Notes: generated by a model from the letters alone, not told the origin. Shown: positions 39,078 to 49,160, counted from the stretch's first letter. The stretch: 64,000 nt of DNA from Victivallales bacterium (GCA_036011305.1 DASCNA010000168.1:617-64616), one strand, 5' to 3'. A program made the numbers and translations.

Positions 39078-40439
39078 TTGTATATTCAAAAAAGAACTTT
39101 ATATCTAATATTGATAATCGGTATTGCTGCAATTTCAGGAGTCTTATACGGATATGATCTTGGAATAATTACAGCAGCATTGCTTGTTATACCAAACGAT
39201 ATTCCAATGAGTCCGACCATGATGGGGATTGTCGGTGGTTCGGTTTTGGCCGGTGGTGCAATAACAATTTTAGCTGCAGGACCTATCTCTGAAATAATCG
39301 GGCGTAAGAAAATGATTTTTATAAGTTCTATTATTTTTCTTATTGGTGTTGTTTTTCTAGTCACAGCAACCAGCTTTATTGAAATAATATTAGGAAGGTT
39401 AATTCAGGGGATCGGTGTCGGTATTATCACTATTGTAGTTCCATTGTATTTAGCAGAGGTTCTTCCTAGTAATGTCAGGGGCAGGGGAATGTCCACTTTT
39501 CAATGGCTTCTTAAATTCGGTGTTTTCTTTGCCAGTATAGTAGGTTTATTTTATACAAAATCAGGTAATTGGCATATGATGTTTTTTACATCAGGGATAC
39601 CTTGTGTAATTTTACTTTGCACCTGTTTTATTCTTCCAGAGTCACCTCGATGGTTATTAAAGAAAGGGAGAAAAGATGAGGCTTTTAAAATATTGTTAAA
39701 GGTATGCCACTATGAAGAAGCTAAAGCGATAATCAGTTATGAGGACAATAATGATAAAGAGTGTAATAAATCAAGTTTAATAGCTACAATAAAAAGCCTG
39801 TTTAGAAGAGATTATATTAAACCTGTATTCATTGTTTTATCAGTTGCTGTATTAAATCAGTTGATTGGCAACAACTCACTGGTCCCTTACAGTGGAATAT
39901 TATTGAAAAAAGCCGGCCTCGGTTCTAACTATGTATCCATGATCGGCAGTTCAACTATGACCAGTTTAGGTATAATTTTTACTTTTGTCTGTATGTTGCT
40001 GATTGATAAACTTGGTCGTAAAAAAGTGTTATGCATAGGATTAAGTATTGTCGTTATTACTTTAGGTATTGCAGGTTTAGTATTTTTAGTTTTGCCTCCA
40101 GGTATTATCAGAGGCTGGATAGTATTAATTTCAATGCTGGGATTTGAAGCTGGTTATTCCGTTGGTCCCGGAGTAATTATCTGGTTGATTATCTCAGAAC
40201 TTCTTCCAAATAACATACGCAGTGTGGGTATGAGTCTGGCACTGTTTTTGAACTCATTAGCATCAGCACTTCTGGCATCAGCATTCTTTTCTCTGGCGAC
40301 TTATATTAATTATGCAGGTGTGTACTGGCTTTGTGGATTTTTTGCAATTCTCTACCTGTTGATTGCCGCTTTTTTACTTCCGGAAACAAAAAATAAAACT
40401 TTAGAGGAAATTGAAGAACATTTTACAAATAAAACCTAA
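39078..40439 (+). CDS. MFS sugar porter family transporter
   Basis: Motifs GRKKMIF, PESPRWL and PETKNKTLEEIE. 12 TM. TTG start. Confidence 0.85.
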   Translation: MYIQKRTLYLILIIGIAAISGVLYGYDLGIITAALLVIPNDIPMSPTMMGIVGGSVLAGGAITILAAGPISEIIGRKKMIFISSIIFLIGVVFLVTATSFIEIILGRLIQGIGVGIITIVVPLYLAEVLPSNVRGRGMSTFQWLLKFGVFFASIVGLFYTKSGNWHMMFFTSGIPCVILLCTCFILPESPRWLLKKGRKDEAFKILLKVCHYEEAKAIISYEDNNDKECNKSSLIATIKSLFRRDYIKPVFIVLSVAVLNQLIGNNSLVPYSGILLKKAGLGSNYVSMIGSSTMTSLGIIFTFVCMLLIDKLGRKKVLCIGLSIVVITLGIAGLVFLVLPPGIIRGWIVLISMLGFEAGYSVGPGVIIWLIISELLPNNIRSVGMSLALFLNSLASALLASAFFSLATYINYAGVYWLCGFFAILYLLIAAFLLPETKNKTLEEIEEHFTNKT

Positions 40440-40458
40440 ATAAAAACTATAGAAAATA

Positions 40459-41778
40459 ATGAAATTACTGTTTTTAATAATTTTTTCAGCGGTTGTACTG
40501 GTTGTCTATAATATTTATATCAGAGGTGATTCCAGTGGTAGAGAAATAGAGTTTATAACTAATAGAACCGATTTAGTTCGCGGAACTCTGGGGCCGGATG
40601 GAAAAATTGATGCTTCTACAGCAGTTTACCCTAAACTTGCTAAAGAGTTTTTTCAAAAGACAGGAGTAAAAGTAAAGCTGACAGCCTATGTGGATTATAA
40701 AAGCTCAATCAGACAGAGGATGGCCAGTAAGGACTACGGAGATGTGGTTATCAATGATGATTTCGAACCTGCAACTATTGAAACTTTTTACAAGCCGATC
40801 GGCACAAAACAAGAATTTAAAAATTACAGATTTATTGATGTTGATTCTATAGGAAATGAAGTTTACGGTCTTCCTGACGGCTACTCACTGTCAGGTGTTG
40901 TGTACAATAAAAAAGTTTTTGCAAGTGTCGGTTTTAATACTTTTCCTAAAACACTTTCACAGCTTCATGATGCATTTAAGAAAATAAAAACAGCTGGTAA
41001 AGTTCCGGTTATTATTAATAGGGGTGATATGTGGCCTATTTATTTTGTAGGTGACCTTTGCAACGAGTTTGCATGAGCTTCATGGGCTTCGGCTGTATTA
41101 TGGAAAGAAAAAAATCCGTTCAGTAAAAACCAGCCGTTCGGCAGAGCTCTTCATGAAGTCGCTACATGGGTTCATAATGGATGGGTTGAGCCTGAATTTT
41201 TACCTAATTACTGGGAAAACTCAAAAACGGATATAGCTGAAGGAAAAGCTGGCATGATGGTTCTGGCTTCATGGGCTTATCCGCAGATTCAGGAAAGAAC
41301 GAGTATTATCAAGGGTGCAGAACCGGACGATATAGGATTTGCTCCTTTTCCAAAACTGGATACCCAAAAACATCAGTATATTTATGCCCAGAATTCAAAA
41401 CCTCTTTTAATCAGCAATAGGACTAAAAATTTCGAGGCTGCAAAAGCATGGATTGAATTTCTAATTGACAGTAATTATTCTGAAAAGCAGGGATTTCTGC
41501 CTATAAAGAGAAGCGAACACACCAGCAATAAAATTTTAGACCATATTGTCAGAGAAATTGATCAGGGCAAACTGGTGATGTTAAATCCTCTGCCTCTTAT
41601 CAGCGATTACAAGATGCCAAGAACCAACAATATGTTAAAAGATATGAATATATTTAGTGATTTGAAGTATATAGGAAACCCTCTGGATAAAGCCAGAATA
41701 TCCATGGAAGCATATAATAACTATATAAACCAGTTAAACCGCCAATGGGAAAAGTTACGAAAACAGCTTGAGTATTAA
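40459..41778 (+). pseudogene. CUT1-type solute-binding protein, tandem paralogue 1, one in-frame TGA
   Basis: A single reading frame joins track ORFs 40459-41076 and 41254-41778, and it is broken only by TGA at 41074-41076. It aligns end to end with the intact paralogue at 43217-44557. Confidence 0.75.
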
Positions 41779-41866
41779 GTAACTCTATTTCGGTTTATTT
41801 GATATTAAATATCTAAAAATTGCAGCCGCTAAGTTCTAGAGCAAATGAGATAACAGGATTCACTTT

Positions 41867-43204
41867 ATGAAAATATTATTATTGATTATAGCTTCTGTTT
41901 TAGTGTTAGTTTTTTATGAATATTTTAACGGAGGTTTTTCCTCCAAAAATGAAATTGAGTTTTTAACAAACAGAACTGATTTTATACATGGTTCTCAAAC
42001 TGCTTCAGGCGCTAAAAACCCTAAAACAGCTTATTTTGCTATTCTTGCCAAGAAATTTAAGAAAGAAACTGGCGTAACTATAAAATTGACAGGATATTCA
42101 AATTATCCTGAGGCAATGAAAAGAAGGCTGGCAAGTCAGAAATACGGAGATGTAATTACACTGCCAGATAATAATTTTGAGCCCGACACAATTACTACTT
42201 TTTTTAGGCCGTTGTGAACGATAAAACAGTTATCTAATTTTAACTTTCTGAATAACTGTGCTGTAGGGAATAAAGTTTATGGACTTTCAGGGACATATTA
42301 TTTATCAGGTATCGTTTATAATAAAAAGGTCTTCGCTGTAGTTGGATATAAAGAGTTTCCTAAAACACTTTCACAACTCCATGATGCTTTTAGAAAAATA
42401 AAAGCTGAAGGCAAGACTCCTGTAATTCTTAATAGAGGTGCAAGCTGGCCGTTAGGATGGATAAAAACTTTTTCTGATAATTTTGAAGGCAAAGCCTCTT
42501 CATTTAATAAAATGTGGATGTATAAAAATCCATTTAACAAAGATTATCCTGTTGGAAGAGCCATATATGAGACTGCGCTATGGGTACATAACGGATGGAC
42601 TGAACCGGAGTTCCTGCAAGATTGGTGGGGTGAATCAATTACTCAGATTGCAGAGGGTAATGCAGGGATGATGATGATCGGTTCCTGGGCCCTCCCGCAA
42701 GTTCAGGAACGGACTTTAATTATTAAAGGGGCTAAACCTGATGATATTGGTTTTGCTCCTATTCCACAAACTTCTACTAATCTTAAAACTTATATCCTGG
42801 CAGGTGCAGGTAATCCAATGGTAGTTAGTAAGAAAAGCAAAAACTTTAAAGCTGACAAAGAATGGATACTGGCCATAATAAACAGTGGGATATATGCAAA
42901 GCAGGGCGGGCTCCCAATTAATAAAAAAGACAAGAACATCAACGAAGAGTTTATTCCGGTTTTAAATGAAGTGAAGAAAGGTAAACTGATAAGGCTTAAT
43001 GACCCTGCAATTACTAAATATGATGGATTTAGAACTGTTATTTTACTAAAAGACATGAATGTATATGCCAATTATAAATATATAGGAGGTGCTCTTGATA
43101 AAGCGAGAATATCTATGAAGGCATATGACAATTATATTAAAAAACTGAATAGACAGTGGAATCAGGCTAGAAAGCAGGCGGGTTATGATAAAACTGTCAA
43201 ATAG
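41867..43204 (+). pseudogene. CUT1-type solute-binding protein, tandem paralogue 2, one in-frame TGA
   Basis: A single reading frame joins track ORFs 41867-42217 and 42512-43204, and it is broken only by TGA at 42215-42217. It is very similar to paralogue 3. Confidence 0.75.
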
Positions 43205-43216
43205 GGTATTGACTGT

Positions 43217-44557
43217 ATGAAACTACTTTTTTTGATAATTATTTCAATTATTGTTTTAGCTTTATATATTTATTTTAACGGCGGTATATCATCAGGAAAT
43301 GAGATCGAATTTCTGACCAACAGAACGGATTTTATACATGGCAGTCAGACAGTATCAGGCGCTAAAAATCCTGAAACTGCTTATTTTACCATACTTGCAG
43401 AAAAATTTAAAAAAAAGACCGGGATTACAGTTAAACTGACCGGATATTCAGATTATACAGTTGCTATGAAGAGAAGGCTTGCAAGTCAGAAATACGGAGA
43501 TGTTATAACACTCCCCGACAGTAATTTTAATCCTGCTACAATTACAACTTTTTTTAAACCTCTTGGCACTAAAAAGCAGCTATCTAACTTCTATTTTCTG
43601 AATAACTGTGCTGTAGGTGATAAGGTATATGGACTTTCAGAAGCATACTATTTTTCCGCAATCGTTTATAATAAAAAAGTTTTTGCCAGTGTCGGGTATA
43701 AAACTTTTCCTAAAACTCTTGAACAACTGCATGATGCTTTTAGGAAAATAAAAGCAGAAGGGAAGATCCCAGTTATTCTTAACAGAGGTGCTAACTGGCC
43801 TTTGGGCCGGATAAAAATTTTCTCTGATAATTTTGACGGCAAAGCCTCCTCGTTTAATAAAATGTGGATGCATAATAACCCGTTCAGTAGAGACTATCCG
43901 ATAGGAAGAGCTATATATGAAACTGCCTTATGGGTACATAACGGGTGGACAGAACCTGAATTTCTTCATAACTGCTGGGATGAATCTATTACTCAGATAG
44001 CTGAAGGAAGTGCCGGAATGATTATGATAGGAACCTGGGCTCTTCCGCAGGTGCAGGAAAGAACACTGCTTATCAAAGGAGCCGAACCTGATGACATTGG
44101 TTTTGCGCCTATACCGCAGACTTCTCCAAAGCTTGGAACCTATATCCTTGCCGGAGCAGGTAATCCAATGGTAATAAGCAAAAAAACTAAAAACTTTAAG
44201 GCCTGCAAAGAGTGGATATATGCTATTATAAACAGTGGAATATTTGCGAACCAGGGAGGTCTTCCGATTAATAGGGATAATAAAAAAATCAACAAAGAAT
44301 TTATTTATATTTTTAATGAAATTCATACCGGAAAATTGATAAGACTTAATGATCCTCCTATAACTGAATATGACGGTTTTAGAACCGTTACTCTGTTAAA
44401 GGATATGAATGTATATACCAATTTTAAATATATTGGAAATGCTCTTGATAAAGCGAGAATATCCATGGAGGCATATGAAAATTATGTAAACAAACTCAAT
44501 AGAGAGTTTAATGAAGCAAAAACCAACAGAGGATATACAAATAATGATAAAATGTAA
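43217..44557 (+). CDS. CUT1-type extracellular solute-binding protein (intact paralogue 3), N-terminal TM anchor
   Basis: 446 aa and intact. It lies immediately upstream of the two permease genes. Confidence 0.8.
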   Translation: MKLLFLIIISIIVLALYIYFNGGISSGNEIEFLTNRTDFIHGSQTVSGAKNPETAYFTILAEKFKKKTGITVKLTGYSDYTVAMKRRLASQKYGDVITLPDSNFNPATITTFFKPLGTKKQLSNFYFLNNCAVGDKVYGLSEAYYFSAIVYNKKVFASVGYKTFPKTLEQLHDAFRKIKAEGKIPVILNRGANWPLGRIKIFSDNFDGKASSFNKMWMHNNPFSRDYPIGRAIYETALWVHNGWTEPEFLHNCWDESITQIAEGSAGMIMIGTWALPQVQERTLLIKGAEPDDIGFAPIPQTSPKLGTYILAGAGNPMVISKKTKNFKACKEWIYAIINSGIFANQGGLPINRDNKKINKEFIYIFNEIHTGKLIRLNDPPITEYDGFRTVTLLKDMNVYTNFKYIGNALDKARISMEAYENYVNKLNREFNEAKTNRGYTNNDKM

Positions 44558-44580
44558 ATTATTAATGGTTAACGATAATT
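44556..44580 (+). repeat. Intergenic TTAATGGNTAA motif copy
   Basis: AAATTATTAATGGTTAACGATAATT, core at 44562-44572, 5 nt after the SBP stop. Confidence 0.6.
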
Positions 44581-44679
44581 AGGGCTAAAAGTTAAAATAT
44601 TACGTTTTAGTATAAGAGGTTTCGTATTCAGTCTCTTGAAAAAAATAAATACTTTAGATAAATATCCAATTAACAATTT

Positions 44680-44705
44680 ATAATTAACCATTAACAATTA
44701 ATTAA
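44680..44705 (-). repeat. Intergenic TTAATGGNTAA motif copy (inverted partner)
   Basis: Plus-strand TTAACCATTAA at 44684-44694 is the reverse complement of TTAATGGTTAA. Confidence 0.6.
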
Positions 44706-44706
44706 T

Positions 44707-45594
44707 ATGGGGAGTAATATGTTTTCAAAATTAAGTTATAAAAGCCAGAGAAAAATGGTGATAATTTCATTTCTGGCAATTCCGTTTTTTCTGCTTTTAT
44801 TGTTTACGTACTGGCCTACGATATTAATGTTTTATTACAGTTTTACTGATTGGAACGGATTTAGTCCTATATGCCATATGATTGGTATTGATAATTATAT
44901 AACTATTTTTACTACATCAATGTACTGGAAACTGTTTGAAAACAGTTTGTATTATTTAGTCAGCGGTATTCTTCAGATAACATTTGCCTTTCTTTTAGCA
45001 GTATTATTGAATTCTAAAGTTAGATTCAAAAACGTGTTTAAAGGAATAATTGTGTTTCCTTATTTGCTAAATGGTGTTGCCATATCATTAATTTTTATCG
45101 CTTTTTTCAAGTTTAACGGAACATTTAACTCTATACTGGATATGGTAGGTTTGAATGCATGGGCTAAGTTCTGGATCACTGATGCCAATATAGCAAATTA
45201 TTCATTGGCTTTTACTGCTTTCTGGAGATATTTCGGTTTCAATTTTATCCTTTTTTTAGGAGCTATGCAGAGCATCCCGGGAGAACTTTTCGAAGCGGCT
45301 AAAATTGACGGTGCATCTGCATGGCAGGAAGCTAAATATATAATAATACCCTCTATAAAAAGAATTATTGAAATCAACCTGATCCTTACTATTGCGGGAG
45401 CTATTAAAGTGTTTGAAATACCATATATAATGACAGGCGGAGCGAACGGCACAAATACTTTTGTTGTTGAGACTATGCAGACAGCTTTCGGAAGCAATAG
45501 GGTAGGTTTGGCATCAGCTATGGCTGTGATAGTTCTTATTATTGTATTGATTGTCACAGTTATTCAAAGGAAGTTTTTAAAGGAGGATATATAA
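44707..45594 (+). CDS. Sugar ABC transporter permease (MalF/UgpA-like)
   Basis: EAA loop EAAKIDGASAWQEAKYIIIPSIK. 6 TM. An alternative start is ATG 44719, after GGGGAG. Confidence 0.85.
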   Translation: MGSNMFSKLSYKSQRKMVIISFLAIPFFLLLLFTYWPTILMFYYSFTDWNGFSPICHMIGIDNYITIFTTSMYWKLFENSLYYLVSGILQITFAFLLAVLLNSKVRFKNVFKGIIVFPYLLNGVAISLIFIAFFKFNGTFNSILDMVGLNAWAKFWITDANIANYSLAFTAFWRYFGFNFILFLGAMQSIPGELFEAAKIDGASAWQEAKYIIIPSIKRIIEINLILTIAGAIKVFEIPYIMTGGANGTNTFVVETMQTAFGSNRVGLASAMAVIVLIIVLIVTVIQRKFLKEDI

Positions 45595-46431
45595 ATGTCT
45601 AATTCTAAAAAATATATCGCCAAGACAGTAAAATATGCTATCCTTATTTTTACTGCGATACTTGTTATACTGCCGATACTAGTTGTCCTATTCGGAGCAC
45701 TTAAAACTCAGTCTCAATATGCTACAACAAATATTATCACCCCTCCTACCGACTGGTTTAATTTTCAGAATTTTAAAATAGCATTTGTGGAAGGTAAAAT
45801 GTGGATCGGTTTAATGAATACATCTGTACTGCTTCTTGTATCTTTAACTTTTTCTACATTGTTCGGTGCTATGGTTGCCTATGTATTGCAAAGATTTAAA
45901 TTTTTTGGTAGGGATCTGATTTTTAATCTTTTTATAGTTGCTATCCTTGTACCTTCAATTACTCTGCAGGTTACTATTTTTCAGGTGATAAGCAATCTCG
46001 GACTTTATAATACTATTTATTCAGCACTAATTCTTTATGTTGGAACAGATGTAATTTCCATATATATTTTTATGCAGTTTTTAACCTCAATACCAAAAGC
46101 AATTGATGAATCTGGTATAATTGACGGAGCATCATACTTTACGATTTTCTTTAAGTTGATTTTTCCTTTACTGAAGCCTGCAATAGTTACTGTAGTTATC
46201 ATTAAAGGAATCGGGATTTATAACGACTTTTATGTTCCTTTGCTGTATATGCCGGCACAGAGGTTAAAAACTCTTTCTACATCACTATATAGTTTTATCG
46301 GGCCATACGGAAGTTCCTGGCAGATAATTTGTGCAGGTGTAATCCTGATTATAATTCCGTCATTGATCGTTTTTATCTGTCTTCAAAAATATATCTATAA
46401 TGGATTTGTTTCAGGATCTGTAAAATCGTAA
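45595..46431 (+). CDS. Sugar ABC transporter permease (MalG/UgpE-like)
   Basis: EAA-like loop DESGIIDGASYFTIFFKLIFPLLKP. The ATG directly abuts the upstream TAA. Confidence 0.85.
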   Translation: MSNSKKYIAKTVKYAILIFTAILVILPILVVLFGALKTQSQYATTNIITPPTDWFNFQNFKIAFVEGKMWIGLMNTSVLLLVSLTFSTLFGAMVAYVLQRFKFFGRDLIFNLFIVAILVPSITLQVTIFQVISNLGLYNTIYSALILYVGTDVISIYIFMQFLTSIPKAIDESGIIDGASYFTIFFKLIFPLLKPAIVTVVIIKGIGIYNDFYVPLLYMPAQRLKTLSTSLYSFIGPYGSSWQIICAGVILIIIPSLIVFICLQKYIYNGFVSGSVKS

Positions 46432-46433
46432 TT

Positions 46434-47063
46434 ATGATTAATACTCTGGATCATATCTTCAAATTTATTTTTCTGTCATTTACATTGTCCTGCTTGTGGA
46501 CTATTTCTGTAGTTTGCGGTCTGGGGGTTCTGTCATTTATACCTGCTACAGCAGTGCTTATGAAAATTGAATATTTATATGTATCTGATAACCTGAACAT
46601 TTCAGAATCAATAGTTAAACTTTTTTTCATTGAATTTTTCCGAAATTTTAGATCGATGTTTAAATATAACGTTTTATTTGTGATTTTAATTATCCTAATA
46701 ATAAACATAAAACTTATTCACAATTATTCTTTCTATGGATTTAACCTGATTTTTAATGCTGTATACCTTTATCTCCTGATATTTTTTATGACTTATATCG
46801 GATATTTTTCCTTTTATTTGACTTTTATGAATGATGGATTTAAGAATAATATTAAAAATTCATTTATTTTTATGTTTACAAAAATAGGTTTTTTTCTTGC
46901 TGCCATATTTCTTAATTTTTTCCTTGCACTGTTATTTTACTATTCAGTAATTTGGATTTTGCTTTTTGGAATTAGTATATATGCATATATATTTGTTCTT
47001 ATTAATAAAAATACATTAGATAAATTAATTTACTGTGTGGAGCAAGGGAAAAATGAAAACTGA
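46434..47063 (+). CDS. YesL-like (DUF624) membrane protein
   Basis: About 200 aa and polytopic. The N-terminal pattern ...CLWTISVVCGLGVLSFIPATAVLM is typical of DUF624 proteins found next to CUT1 permeases. Confidence 0.65.
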   Translation: MINTLDHIFKFIFLSFTLSCLWTISVVCGLGVLSFIPATAVLMKIEYLYVSDNLNISESIVKLFFIEFFRNFRSMFKYNVLFVILIILIINIKLIHNYSFYGFNLIFNAVYLYLLIFFMTYIGYFSFYLTFMNDGFKNNIKNSFIFMFTKIGFFLAAIFLNFFLALLFYYSVIWILLFGISIYAYIFVLINKNTLDKLIYCVEQGKNEN

Positions 47064-47943
47064 AAAAATATTTAGATATAATACAAAAAATGTATGGTTC
47101 AAAGGAAATACGCATATTCATTCAACTGCTTCAGATGGGGGAAAAACTATTCCTGAGTTGGATGAAATGTATTATTCAGAAGGGTATGATTTCCTTTTTG
47201 CAACTGATCACTGGGTTTGTTCTAATGTTGATGAATATAAAAATCAAACAAAACTTTTATGGCTTGATGGTGTAGAAATAGACAGTGAAGAACATGGTGA
47301 GCCGTTTTACCACATAGTTTGTTTGGGAAGGCTGAAAGGTGTCAGCCCTGATTTAGATATAAAAGAGAATATAAAAATAGTAAAGAGTCAAAATGGATTT
47401 GTTATAATGGCACATCCTCACTGGTGTGGAAATTCCACAGAAGATACACAGAAAATTGATTTTGACGGTGTTGAAATTTATAATCAGGTCTGTCATCTGA
47501 TTAATGGTAAAAGTTACGGAGGTGTTCACTGGGATTATATGCTGATGAGAAATCAGAATATCTTAGCTTTTGCCGCAGATGATGCTCATATAGATAATGA
47601 TGAACCTTCCTGGAATGGGGGATGGATAAAAGTAAACTGTGAATCATTGACTGAAGAAAATGTTATGAATTCCATTAGAAACGGTAACTTTTTTGCTTCT
47701 ACCGGTCCGGACTTTCTGGATATTAGTTATAGTGATGGGAAATTATTTTTAAAAACTTCACAGGTTACTGATGTTCGCCTTGTCGGGCCGAGTTACAGGC
47801 ATGTAATTAACAGTACAGTACTTTCTGGCAGGGAATATACTGAATGTGAAATAGATGTTCCTTCAGATTGGACATATTACTATTTGGAAATAGAAGATTC
47901 TAAAGGTAAAAAAGCCTGGACTAATAATCTATTTAATTGTTAA
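47053..47943 (+). CDS. PHP-like / CehA-McbA-family metallohydrolase
   Basis: KGNTHIHSTASDGG...FLFATDHW and MAHPHW histidine motifs. ATG 47053 overlaps the upstream gene by 11 nt. Confidence 0.6.
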   Translation: MKTEKIFRYNTKNVWFKGNTHIHSTASDGGKTIPELDEMYYSEGYDFLFATDHWVCSNVDEYKNQTKLLWLDGVEIDSEEHGEPFYHIVCLGRLKGVSPDLDIKENIKIVKSQNGFVIMAHPHWCGNSTEDTQKIDFDGVEIYNQVCHLINGKSYGGVHWDYMLMRNQNILAFAADDAHIDNDEPSWNGGWIKVNCESLTEENVMNSIRNGNFFASTGPDFLDISYSDGKLFLKTSQVTDVRLVGPSYRHVINSTVLSGREYTECEIDVPSDWTYYYLEIEDSKGKKAWTNNLFNC

Positions 47944-47944
47944 T

Positions 47945-47976
47945 TATAAATTATTAATGGGTAATGATTAATTGCC
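47945..47976 (+). repeat. Intergenic TTAATGGNTAA motif copy
   Basis: TATAAATTATTAATGGGTAATGATTAATTGCC, core at 47954-47964, 11 nt after the stop. Confidence 0.6.
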
Positions 47977-48149
47977 ATCAGGTATTATTTTAAGGATATT
48001 TCTTTCTTCTTTTGCTGCAAAAAGATATGATTTTTATTTTTGAACTGCCATGGTGTTATTTTAAATAATTGATACTTATTTCCATTAACTTATAATATTT
48101 TTTTTTGACTAGAGAATAAGATTTTAAATTATATTAAAGGAAACTATAA

Positions 48150-49160
48150 ATGATTGATTTAAGAAGTGATACAGTTACCAAGCCTACAATATCCATGCGC
48201 AAGGCAATGATGGATGCCAATGTAGGAGATGATGTTTTTGGAGATGATCCTACAGTGAATGAATTGCAGCAGCTAGCTGCAGATAAACTTGGATTTGAAG
48301 CTGGATTATTCACATGTAGTGGAACTCAGGCAAATTTAATTGCATTACTCAGTCATTGTCAAAGAGGGGATGAATATATTGTCGGGCAGGAAGCTCATAA
48401 TTTCAAATGGGAAGGTGGAGGAGCTGCAGTTCTGGGAGGAATACAGCCACAGCCTATTGAACATGAAGAAAATGGCAGCCTTTCATTAAAAAAAATAAAA
48501 AAAGCTATAAAACCAATAAATATTCACTTTGCAAAAACAAAGCTTATTTCAATAGAAAATACTCACCATGGGAAGGTACTTCCTCTGAAATATCTTGATG
48601 AAATATCAAAAATTGCACAACAAAACAGATTGTACAGACATTTGGATGGTGCAAGAGCTTTTAATGCTGCGGTTAAACAACAGGTGAATATAAAGGAAAT
48701 AACAAAATACTTTGATACAGTTTCTATATGTCTGTCAAAAGGACTTGCTGCTCCCATCGGGTCAATCCTATGCGGGAATAGAGAATTTATCGAAAATGCC
48801 ATTAGATGGAGAAAAGTATGTGGTGGGGGGATGAGACAGGCCGGTATTCTTGCGGCGGCAGGTATACTTTCACTCACTGAACAGGTAGATCGTCTTCAAG
48901 AAGACCATGAACACGCTATGATTCTTGGAGAAAGCCTTAACGAAATGCCTGAATTCAGAGTCGATTTGAATCTTATTCAGACAAATATGGTTTTTGCCAG
49001 ACTGCTAAAAGGTGACTCTGACGAATTAAGTGTTTATCTACGTAAAAATGGGATTATCGTAGTTCCAGATGAAAATATGAGATTTGTTTTTCACAAGGAT
49101 ATAAAGAGAGAAGATGTAGATACAGTGATTAAGGCTTTAAAGGATTTTTTTACAAAGTAG
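48150..49160 (+). CDS. ltaE: Low-specificity L-threonine aldolase
   Basis: MIDLRSDTVTKPT...VGDDVFGDDPTVNELQ...GTQANLIALLSHCQRGDEYIVGQEAH...ENTHHGKVLP is close to E. coli LtaE as I recall it. Confidence 0.85.
   Translation: MIDLRSDTVTKPTISMRKAMMDANVGDDVFGDDPTVNELQQLAADKLGFEAGLFTCSGTQANLIALLSHCQRGDEYIVGQEAHNFKWEGGGAAVLGGIQPQPIEHEENGSLSLKKIKKAIKPINIHFAKTKLISIENTHHGKVLPLKYLDEISKIAQQNRLYRHLDGARAFNAAVKQQVNIKEITKYFDTVSICLSKGLAAPIGSILCGNREFIENAIRWRKVCGGGMRQAGILAAAGILSLTEQVDRLQEDHEHAMILGESLNEMPEFRVDLNLIQTNMVFARLLKGDSDELSVYLRKNGIIVVPDENMRFVFHKDIKREDVDTVIKALKDFFTK

Noticed and set aside
41051-41236. Track ORFs 41051-41236 and 42483-42671 as separate small genes between SBP pieces.
   Set aside because: They are out-of-frame readings across the SBP paralogues. 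The SBP frame itself is continuous apart from one TGA in each copy.
41074-42217. Selenocysteine insertion at the two in-frame TGAs.
   Set aside because: The aligned residue in the paralogues is Gly, not Cys. I could not fold a convincing SECIS-like hairpin immediately downstream of either TGA. Solute-binding proteins are not known selenoproteins.
40459-43204. A genome-wide UGA=Gly (code 25) or UGA=Trp (code 4) genetic code.
   Set aside because: TGA ends at least six well-supported genes: 26796-29060, 46434-47063, 56810-57895, 59843-60778, the ABM pseudogene at 33208-33502 (stop 33500-33502) and the uORF-free cases. About 55 other long ORFs contain no in-frame TGA. A reassigned code would put TGA inside most genes.
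47985-48045. An echo of the 3' end of the GPH gene (49311-) upstream of ltaE, which would complete a duplicated-junction model.
   Set aside because: Only a TTTTGCTGCAA / TTGTTGCTGCAA match and a shifted GAACTG are shared, and the alignment needs an ~18-nt gap. The similarity is too weak to claim.
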